Shown: positions 56,588-64,000 of the stretch, in pieces | Numbering within the stretch: the stretch's first letter is position 1 | Layout of the letters: each line of letters starts with the position of its first letter | NCBI GenBank assembly: GCA_963733765.1 | Contig: CAVTEI010000003.1 | Span: 1,867,336-1,931,335, forward strand | From: an uncultured Acidimicrobiales bacterium | Lineage (GTDB): Bacteria > Actinomycetota > Acidimicrobiia > Acidimicrobiales > DATKAS01 | DNA length: 64,000 nt | Direction: 5' to 3' | Made by a program: the position numbers and the translations under genes | Notes under the pieces: model-generated | Databases searched by the model: none | Seen by the model: only the letters and a program-made list of their open reading frames with translations | Told to the model about the DNA's origin: nothing

Positions 56588-57484
56588 TTGCGGCCGGCGT
56601 CGTTTCGGATGCGACATCGCCGTCTCGTCGTCGGCGTCGCAGTAGCTGCCGCGATCGGTCTCGCCCTCGCCGGCTACAACGCCACGTTCGCGATCGCAGG
56701 CTTGTTCGTGGTCACCGTGCCGTTCGAGAAGATCTGGCCGCGGCACCGTCAGAGGTTGCGCCGGCCCGAGCTCACCACCGACTTGCTGTACGCGATGCTC
56801 GCCCCCATCACGCAGGTCGTCGGCGCGATTGCGGCGGTGGCGATCGGTCTCGTGAGTCTGGCGTGGGTACCCGCGCTCCCACTCCGGCCGATCGTCGCTT
56901 CGCTTCCGGGGCCGGTGCGGGGAGTCGTCGCCATCGTCCTGTTCGACTTCCTCGTCTACGCGAGCCACCGGGCGTCACACGAGGTGCCCTTCCTCTGGCG
57001 ATTCCACTCGGTGCACCACTCGACGAAGACCCTCGACTGGGTATCGGGGTTCCGAGCCCATCCTCTGGACGGGGTGTTCGCGGCTCCGGCGTTCGCGGTG
57101 CTCCTGGGCGCGGGGTTCTCGCTCCGGGTCGCTGGCGCGCTCGCGGTCGTGCAGGCCGTGCTCGGCATCACGGCCCACCTCAACGTGAGCTGGCGGCTGC
57201 GACCGCTCCAGAAGCTGGTCTTCACGCCCGAGTTCCACCACTGGCACCACAGCAACGAGCCCGAGGCGTGGAACCGCAACTACGGGGTGCTCTTGCCGTT
57301 GTGGGACATCGTGTTCGGCACGGCCTATCTGCCTCCCGACCGCCGGCCCCAGAGATATGGCATCGACACGCCCATGCCCTCCGGCGTCGTTGCCCAGCTC
57401 AAGCACCCGTTCCGCCGTCCCCTGCCACTCGACTCACCTGCCCCTGGAGTCAAGGGCCCGGCCGGTAGTTTGAACACCCGATGA
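56588..57484 (+). CDS. Fatty acid hydroxylase / sterol desaturase-family membrane protein
   Basis: 298 aa with histidine boxes HRASHE, HSVHHS and HHWHH. Confidence 0.8.
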   Translation: MRPASFRMRHRRLVVGVAVAAAIGLALAGYNATFAIAGLFVVTVPFEKIWPRHRQRLRRPELTTDLLYAMLAPITQVVGAIAAVAIGLVSLAWVPALPLRPIVASLPGPVRGVVAIVLFDFLVYASHRASHEVPFLWRFHSVHHSTKTLDWVSGFRAHPLDGVFAAPAFAVLLGAGFSLRVAGALAVVQAVLGITAHLNVSWRLRPLQKLVFTPEFHHWHHSNEPEAWNRNYGVLLPLWDIVFGTAYLPPDRRPQRYGIDTPMPSGVVAQLKHPFRRPLPLDSPAPGVKGPAGSLNTR

Positions 57485-58155
57485 CGGCGATCGACACGGA
57501 CGGCAGCGAGCACCTCGACGCCGACGGCGCCTTCGACGAAGAGGTCGAGGACCGTCCGCGCTTCCAGTGGACCTGGCCGAAGGTGCTGCTGCTGGTGGGC
57601 GCGGTCGCGTTCCTGGCCGCCGCCGCGACGTACTTCCTCACGAACCGAGCCGAGGAGAGTCCCGGGACGGTCGACGTCGGGTTTCTGCAAGACATGATCG
57701 ACCACCACGATCAGGCCGTCGCGATGGCGCTCAACGTGATCGGGCGAGAGTCGGACACAACGACACAGAGCTTCGCCCGCGAGGTCGTCATCTACCAGCG
57801 GTGGGAGACCGGCGTCATGGACACGCTGCTCGCCGGTTGGGGCGAGGATCGCGGAGCAGTCGATCGTCTGGCGATGGGGTGGATGGGCATGCCGTCGCCG
57901 GTGGGGGCGATGCCCGGCATGCAGCCGGCCGAGACTCTTGAACAGCTGGGCGAGCTCACGGGGAGCGATCTCGACGAGGCGTTCTTCACCGCGATGCGCA
58001 CGCACCACCTCGGTGCGGTGCACATGGCCTCCTACGCGGCCGAGCATGCCGAGACCGCTGAAGTGCGCGAGCTCGCCGCCCGCATGGCCCAGTACCAGCA
58101 GATCGAGGCAAACGAGTACACCGAAGCACTGAAGCGGCTCGGGCTCGAATCCTGA
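57481..58155 (+). CDS. DUF305-family protein
   Basis: 224 aa with an N-terminal TM and FLQDMIDHHDQAVAMA...FFTAMRTHHLGAVHMA...ELAARMAQYQQIE. ATGA overlap upstream. Confidence 0.75.
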   Translation: MTAIDTDGSEHLDADGAFDEEVEDRPRFQWTWPKVLLLVGAVAFLAAAATYFLTNRAEESPGTVDVGFLQDMIDHHDQAVAMALNVIGRESDTTTQSFAREVVIYQRWETGVMDTLLAGWGEDRGAVDRLAMGWMGMPSPVGAMPGMQPAETLEQLGELTGSDLDEAFFTAMRTHHLGAVHMASYAAEHAETAEVRELAARMAQYQQIEANEYTEALKRLGLES

Positions 58156-59687
58156 TGGGTCCCGTCGTCCTGGGCGGCGGCGGTCTCACCATTGACGACG
58201 TTGTAGCGGTGGCTCGCGGCGGTCGCCGCGCCGTGCTCGGCGACGATGCCCGCACCGCGATGGAGCGCTCGCGCGGGATCGTTGAACGCCTGGCCGGCTC
58301 AGGGAAGCCGGTCTATGGCGTCTCCACCGGGTTCGGCTCGCTCGCCGATGTGTACATCGAGCCCGACGACCGGGCGCGCCTCCAGGCGGCGTTGATCCGC
58401 TCTCACGCGGCCGGTCTCGGCGCGCCCGTCGAGGACGAAGTCGTGCGGGCCATGATGCTGCTCCGCGCGAGAACGCTGGCGATGGCCCACAGCGGCGTCC
58501 GACCGCTGCTCGTCGACCGCCTGCTCGCACTGCTCGCGGCGGGCATCACGCCACGCGTGCCCGAGCACGGATCGTTGGGCTGCAGCGGTGATCTCGCGCC
58601 CCTCGCGCACGTCGCTCTGGTCCTCCTCGGCGAGGGGCAGATCGTGGTGAACGGGGTGTGTGTCGACGCCGCGCCGACGCTCGCCAAAGAGGGCATCGAT
58701 CCGGTGGTGCTCGAAGCCAAGGAGGGCCTGGCTCTCGTCAACGGCACCGACGGGATGCTCGGGATGCTCGCGCTGGCGTGTCACGACGCGGCTCGCCTCG
58801 TCACCATCGCGGACATCACCGCCGCGATGAGCATCGAAGCGCTGCTCGGGACCGACGCCGTGTTCGACGCAGACCTCGTCGGTCTACGGCCGCACGCCGG
58901 ACAAGCCCGCAGCGCCGCGAACCTGCGTCGGATGCTCGAAGGATCGCCGATCGTGGCGTCACACCGTGTCGGTGACTCGCGGGTGCAAGACGCCTACTCG
59001 CTGCGCTGCGTCCCGCAGGTGCACGGCGCGGTCCGGGACACGCTGGCGCACGTGGAAGCGGTGTGCGCGGCGGAGCTCGACGCCGCGATCGACAACCCGG
59101 TCGTGCTCCCGGACGGGCGGGTGAGCTCGAACGGCAACTTTCACGGCGCGCCGCTGGCCTACGGCGCCGACTACCTGGCGATCGTCCTGGCGGACCTGTC
59201 GTCGATGGCCGAGCGACGCGTCGACCGGATGCTCGACCCGGCTCGCTCCCACGGCCTTCCGCCCTTCCTCGCCGACACGCCGGGGGTGGACTCGGGACTC
59301 ATGATCGCCCAGTACACCGCGGTGGCGTTGGTGGACGAGAACCGCCGGCTCGCGACGCCGGCCAGCGTCGCGTCCATCCCGACTTCGGCGATGCAGGAGG
59401 ACCACGTCTCCATGGGATGGGCGGCGGCGCGCAAGCTGCGGACCGTGATCGGGAACCTCGGGCGCGTGCTCGCCATCGAGTTCGTGGCCGCTGCCCGCGC
59501 CATTGAGCTGCGGAGCCCGTTGTCGCCCGGTGCCGGCACAGCAGCCGCCGTGCGAGCGCTGCGCGACGTCGTCGCCGGTCCCGGCCCCGACCGGTGGGTC
59601 ACGCCCGACCTCGACGCGGCCTTCGAGCTCGTCCGCGACGACGCATTGCGCCGCGCGGTCGAAGCCGCGACAGGCGCACTCGAGTGA
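58155..59687 (+). CDS. hutH: Histidine ammonia-lyase
   Basis: 510 aa with [25 protein letters not shown] (the ASG-type MIO region appears here as CSG), [15 protein letters not shown]. Confidence 0.92.
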   Translation: MGPVVLGGGGLTIDDVVAVARGGRRAVLGDDARTAMERSRGIVERLAGSGKPVYGVSTGFGSLADVYIEPDDRARLQAALIRSHAAGLGAPVEDEVVRAMMLLRARTLAMAHSGVRPLLVDRLLALLAAGITPRVPEHGSLGCSGDLAPLAHVALVLLGEGQIVVNGVCVDAAPTLAKEGIDPVVLEAKEGLALVNGTDGMLGMLALACHDAARLVTIADITAAMSIEALLGTDAVFDADLVGLRPHAGQARSAANLRRMLEGSPIVASHRVGDSRVQDAYSLRCVPQVHGAVRDTLAHVEAVCAAELDAAIDNPVVLPDGRVSSNGNFHGAPLAYGADYLAIVLADLSSMAERRVDRMLDPARSHGLPPFLADTPGVDSGLMIAQYTAVALVDENRRLATPASVASIPTSAMQEDHVSMGWAAARKLRTVIGNLGRVLAIEFVAAARAIELRSPLSPGAGTAAAVRALRDVVAGPGPDRWVTPDLDAAFELVRDDALRRAVEAATGALE

Positions 59688-61343
59688 CGTCCGAGCCCCG
59701 GCTCGTCCGCGCGCCGAGAGGGAGCACGATCACCTGTCGCGGCTGGCCGCAAGAGGCCGCGATGCGCATGCTCATGAACAACCTCGACCCGGAGGTCGCC
59801 GAGCGTCCCGACGACCTCGTGGTGTACGGCGGAACCGGCCGCGCCGCGCGCTCGTGGGCTGCGTTCGACGCGCTCGTGGCGACACTGGGCACGCTGGGCG
59901 ACGACGAGACGATGCTGGTGCAGTCCGGCAAGCCGGTGGGGGTGTTCCGCACGCACGAATGGGCGCCGCGGGTGCTCATCGCCAACTCGAACCTCGTGCC
60001 CGAGTGGGCGACGTGGGAGGAGTTCCGGCGGCTCGAGGCGCTCGGCCTCACGATGTACGGGCAGATGACCGCAGGCTCGTGGATCTACATCGGCACGCAG
60101 GGAATCCTGCAGGGCACCTACGAGTGCTTCGCCGAGATCGCGCGGCGCCGGTTCGGCGGTTCGCTCACCGGCACGATCACGCTGACCGCCGGCTTGGGCG
60201 GCATGGGTGGCGCGCAACCGCTCGCGGTCACGATGAACGGGGGCGTCGCGCTGTGCGTCGAAGTCGACGGCCATCGCATCCACCGGCGGCTGGAGACGCG
60301 CTATCTCGATGAAGTCGCGGATTCGCTCGACGACGCGATCGCGCGGTGCGGCGCCGCGAAGGCGGAAGGGCGAGCGGTGTCCGTGGGCCTGCTCGGCAAC
60401 GCCGCGGACGTGGTGCCGCGACTGCTCGATCTCGGCTTCGACGCCGACATCGTCACGGATCAGACGAGTGCACACGATCCCCTGAGCTACGTCCCGAACG
60501 ACGTCAGCGAGGACGGCCGCGGCGGCGCTGCGGCGGGATGACCCTGACGAGTACGTACGGCGGTCTCGGGCTGCGATGGCCGCGCACTGCGCGGCGATGG
60601 TCGGCTTCCTCGACGCGGGCGCCGAGGTCTTCGACTACGGCAACAGCCTGCGCGCCGAAGCGTTGCTCGGCGGCTTCGAGCGCGCGTTCGACTACCCCGG
60701 CTTTCTGCCCGCGTACATCCGGCCGCTGTTCTGCGAGGGCAAGGGCCCGTTTCGATGGGTCGCGCTGTCGGGCGATCCCGAGGACATCGCGGCCACCGAC
60801 GCCGCGGTGCGTGAGGTGCTTCCTGACGACGAGGGCTTGGCGCGCTGGCTGCATCTCGCCGAGGAGCGGGTCGCGTTCCAGGGATTGCCCGCTCGCATCT
60901 GCTGGCTCGGATATGGCGAGCGGGCGCGGGTGGGACTGCGGTTCAACGAGATGGTTCGAAGGGGTGAGGTGTCGGCGCCGATCGTGATCGGACGGGATCA
61001 TCTCGACTCCGGGTCGGTGGCCTCGCCGTACCGCGAGACTGAAGCGATGGCCGACGGCAGCGACGCCATCGCCGACTGGCCGCTCCTCAACGCGCTCGTG
61101 AACACCGCTGCGGGAGCGTCGTGGGTGAGCATCCACCACGGTGGCGGTGTGGGCATCGGCCGGTCGATCCATGCGGGCATGGTGTGCGTCGCCGACGGGT
61201 CGGACCTCGCCGCGCAGAAGCTCGAACGGGTGCTCACCACGGATCCGGGGATGGGCGTGATCCGGCACGTCGACGCGGGATACGAGCGCGCGGCGATCGT
61301 GGCGGCCGAACGCGATGTCCGGGTGCCGATGCCGCCCCAATGA
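59684..61343 (+). pseudogene. hutU: Urocanate hydratase, frameshifted as sequenced
   Basis: GTG 59684 (GTGA overlap with hutH). [25 protein letters not shown]...[14 protein letters not shown]...DQTSAHDPL, then a break near 60515. It continues [12 protein letters not shown]...[17 protein letters not shown]...[21 protein letters not shown] in ORF 60576..61343. Confidence 0.92.
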
Positions 61344-62674
61344 CGCAGTCGCTCTGGTGTGAGTGGGCATGGCTCGGAGGCGAGGTGGCGGAGTCGGGCG
61401 TCGTGATCGAGCTCGAGGGAGACCGCATCGCCTCGGTCACCGAGGGGATCGCAGCCTGCCCGTCGAGCGCGGTGAGGCGAGATGGGCTCACGCTGCCGGG
61501 GCTCGTCAACGCGCACTCCCATGCCTTTCACCGTGCACTCCGTGGGCGCACGAACCGAGGGGCGGGCTCGTTCTGGACGTGGCGGGAGCAGATGTACGAG
61601 CTCGCCGCGTTGCTCGACCCCGACACGATGTACGCACTGGCCCGGGCGACCTACGGGGAGATGGCGCTCGCCGGAATCACGACCGTCGGGGAGTTCCACT
61701 ATCTGCACCACGGCGCCGAGGGCGAGGGCTATGCGGATCCGAACGCGATGAGCCGCGCGATCGCGGCGGCCGCTCGTGGTGCCGGTGTGCGCGTGACCGT
61801 GATCGATGCGTGCTACCTCGAAGGGGGCATCGGCCGGCCCGTCGAAGGGGTGCAGCGCCGGTTCAGCGACGCGAGCGTGGACGCGTGGGCGGACCGCGTC
61901 GCTGCCCTCGATGCATCGGACGAGGTGCGCGTCGCTGCCGCGATCCACAGTGTTCGAGCGGTCCCACCGGTCGCGATGGAGGAGATCGCTCGGTGGGCGC
62001 ACGAGCGCTGGCTGCCGTTGCACGCGCACGTGAGCGAGCAGCCCGCAGAGAACGCCGCGTGCGTCGAGGCTTACGGGAAGACGCCCACGCGGTTGTTGCA
62101 CGATGCCGGTGCGTGCGGTTCGTCGTTCACTGCGGTCCACGCGGTGCACGTCACCGACGACGATCTCGCGGATCTGGAGGGCGCGACCGTCTGTTTGTGT
62201 CCCACGACAGAGCGCGACCTCGCGGACGGCATCGCTCCGAGCGGGCGGCTGCGCGATGCCGGGTTGGAGCTGGCGCTCGGGTCGGACTCGAACGCGGTCA
62301 TCGATCTGTTCGAAGAGGCGCGTGCAGTCGAGCTCGACGCGCGCTCGGCGACCGGCTCGCGGGGTACGCACACCGCGGCAGCGCTGCTTCACGCGGCCAC
62401 GGCTGGTGGCGCGAGGTCGCTCGGCTGGGACGATGCCGGGATGATCGCGACGGGAGCACTGGCTGATCTGGTCACCGTCGGCCTCGACTCTGTTCGCTTG
62501 GCCGGCGTGCCCGGAGCCGACGTCGTCAACGGTGTCGTGTTCGCCGGCACGGCCGGCGATGTGACCCACGTGATCGTCGGAGGAAAGGAGATCGTCCGCG
62601 GCGGCGACCACGTGACGATCGATGTCGCCACCGAGCTTCGGCAGGCCGTGCGCGACGCGTGGCGTGAGTCGTGA
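61340..62674 (+). CDS. hutF: Formimidoylglutamate deiminase
   Basis: ATG 61340 (ATGA overlap). [18 protein letters not shown]...EFHYLHH...[11 protein letters not shown]...AVHAVHV...GSDSN. Confidence 0.8.
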   Translation: MTQSLWCEWAWLGGEVAESGVVIELEGDRIASVTEGIAACPSSAVRRDGLTLPGLVNAHSHAFHRALRGRTNRGAGSFWTWREQMYELAALLDPDTMYALARATYGEMALAGITTVGEFHYLHHGAEGEGYADPNAMSRAIAAAARGAGVRVTVIDACYLEGGIGRPVEGVQRRFSDASVDAWADRVAALDASDEVRVAAAIHSVRAVPPVAMEEIARWAHERWLPLHAHVSEQPAENAACVEAYGKTPTRLLHDAGACGSSFTAVHAVHVTDDDLADLEGATVCLCPTTERDLADGIAPSGRLRDAGLELALGSDSNAVIDLFEEARAVELDARSATGSRGTHTAAALLHAATAGGARSLGWDDAGMIATGALADLVTVGLDSVRLAGVPGADVVNGVVFAGTAGDVTHVIVGGKEIVRGGDHVTIDVATELRQAVRDAWRES

Positions 62675-63831
62675 CCCTCGTCGTCGACCGCATCGGTCTG
62701 CTGGTGACGAACGATCCGACCGTGGGAGAGGGCCCGCTCGGCGTCGTCCGCGACGCGGCGGTCGTCATCGACCACGGAGGCGTCGTCGCGATCGAGCGAA
62801 GTGGTGTCGCCGCCGATCGCCGCGTCGACGCGGGCGGGCGCTGCGTGATCCCCGGGTTCGTCGACAGCCACACCCACCTTGTCTTCGCTGGTGACCGCTC
62901 AGAGGAGTTCGCGGCGCGGATGGCGGGGGAGCCCTACTCCGCCGGCGGCATCCTGTCGACGGTCGCGGCGACGCGGGCGACATCCGACGCGGAACTCGCG
63001 GCACTCGCGGCCGATCGTCGCCGCGACGCCCTGCGCGGCGGCACGACGCATGTGGAGGTGAAGTCGGGCTATGGCCTGCGCACGGCGGACGAACGTCGAC
63101 TCGTCGAGCTCGCGGCGGTGCTCACCGACGACGTGACCTTCCTCGGTGCCCACACCGTGCCGGTTGAGTTCGAGGGCAGGGCCGACGAGTACGTCGACCT
63201 GGTCTGCGGCGAGATGCTGCTGGAGTGCGCGCCCCACTCGCGGTGGATCGACGTGTTCTGCGAGGTGGGCGCGTTCGACGAGGACCAGTCACGCGCCGTC
63301 CTTCGGGCGGGGAAGGCGGCCGGGCTCGGCCTCCGAGTTCATGCGAACCAGCTCGGCGCGGGACCGGGCGCGAGGCTGGCCGTCGAGGAGGGCGCCGCCT
63401 CGGCCGACCACTGCACTCATCTCACCGGCGACGACGTCGAGGCCCTCGCCGCGAGCGACACGGTCGTCACGTTTCTCCCCGCCGCCGACTTCTGCACGCG
63501 GCAGCCCTATGCCGACGCGCGGCGGGTGCTCGACGCCGGCGCCACCGTCGCCCTGGCGAGCAACTGCAACCCAGGGTCGAGCCCGACGAGCTCGATGCCG
63601 TTCTGCATCGCGCTCGCCGTGCGTGAGATGCGCATGACGGTCGAGGAGGCGCTGCGCGCCGCGACGCTCGGCGGGGCCAAGGCCTTGCGTCGGGACGACC
63701 TCGGGCGGCTCGGTCCGTCGTCGCGTGCCGACCTCGTGGTGCTCGACGGGCCCACCTACGTGCATCTGGCGTCGCGGCCGGGGATGGCGCTCGCTCATCG
63801 TGTCGTCGCGGGCGGCGAGCTCGTCGACTGA
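62671..63831 (+). CDS. hutI: Imidazolonepropionase
   Basis: 386 aa with [22 protein letters not shown]...[14 protein letters not shown]...RVHANQL...ADHCTHL...[11 protein letters not shown]. Confidence 0.9.
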   Translation: MTLVVDRIGLLVTNDPTVGEGPLGVVRDAAVVIDHGGVVAIERSGVAADRRVDAGGRCVIPGFVDSHTHLVFAGDRSEEFAARMAGEPYSAGGILSTVAATRATSDAELAALAADRRRDALRGGTTHVEVKSGYGLRTADERRLVELAAVLTDDVTFLGAHTVPVEFEGRADEYVDLVCGEMLLECAPHSRWIDVFCEVGAFDEDQSRAVLRAGKAAGLGLRVHANQLGAGPGARLAVEEGAASADHCTHLTGDDVEALAASDTVVTFLPAADFCTRQPYADARRVLDAGATVALASNCNPGSSPTSSMPFCIALAVREMRMTVEEALRAATLGGAKALRRDDLGRLGPSSRADLVVLDGPTYVHLASRPGMALAHRVVAGGELVD

Positions 63832-63865
63832 GCAGCGCCGGCGAGTGCTTGGGATACTCGCGGCC

Positions 63866-64000
63866 ATGGCCTTCGACCCGCTCGAGCCCTACGGGCCCCT
63901 CATCGAGACCCGCGCGCGCATCGTCACTTGGAATGTGTGGGCCAACTCCGGGCCGTGGGAGCAGCGCTTCGCCCGCATCGAGCAGCTGCTGCGGGGGATG
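63866..64000 (+). CDS. Endonuclease/exonuclease/phosphatase-family protein (N-terminal fragment, runs off window)
   Basis: ATG 63866, then MAFDPLEPYGPLIETRARIVTWNVWANSGPWEQRFARIEQLLR. The IVTWNVW start is typical of EEP-fold proteins. Only 45 codons are visible. Confidence 0.45.
   Translation, partial: MAFDPLEPYGPLIETRARIVTWNVWANSGPWEQRFARIEQLLRGM

Noticed and set aside
1-64000. Programmed ribosomal frameshifting as an explanation for the frame breaks
   Set aside because: I saw no slippery heptamers, downstream stimulatory structures or conserved shift sites at the breaks I inspected. The shifts go in both directions and fall at arbitrary codons, with up to eight per gene.
1-64000. Defence systems, toxin-antitoxin pairs, secondary-metabolite core enzymes, transposases
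   Set aside because: None of the supported genes shows the corresponding motifs (no nuclease/helicase/methylase triads, no PIN/HicA/RelE-size pairs, no PKS/NRPS/terpene synthase, no DDE or serine recombinase). The window reads as core and accessory metabolism.

Overview
This is a high-GC (~70%) chromosomal segment that looks actinobacterial. The pointers are several F420/LLM and PPOX-type oxidoreductases, a WS/DGAT acyltransferase, a mycobacterial CanA-like beta-carbonic anhydrase and many ATGA/GTGA start-stop overlaps. I can support about 66 protein genes, one tRNA-Gly(GCC) and a few repeats and hairpins. Content is almost entirely metabolism and transport:
- a canonical livGFHM plus binding-protein operon
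- a second, atypical Liv-like ABC locus
- the homogentisate operon hppD-hmgA-fahA
- a hutH-hutU-hutF-hutI operon
- an eight-gene oxidoreductase operon containing DUF3500
- a SulP permease, clpP and uppP

I found no CRISPR array, transposase, integrase, or recognisable defence or toxin-antitoxin module, so I cannot claim a clear new system.

The most unusual items are:
1. an MFS-like 12-TM domain fused in-frame to two Liv-type ABC ATPase domains (46948-49876)
2. at least 33 single-nucleotide frame breaks, strongly clustered at 21077-23177 and 44801-49876
3. a 34-nt direct repeat of the tRNA-Gly 3' end bracketing a lone methyltransferase gene
4. a 5-unit 12-nt tandem repeat (GGAGG + GTGA) that fills an operon-internal spacer
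5. a rhodanese / beta-carbonic anhydrase fusion ORF
6. a LEA-like protein built from 11-residue repeats

All family calls come from reading motifs by eye. Frameshift positions are approximate (about +/-15 nt). No searches were run.
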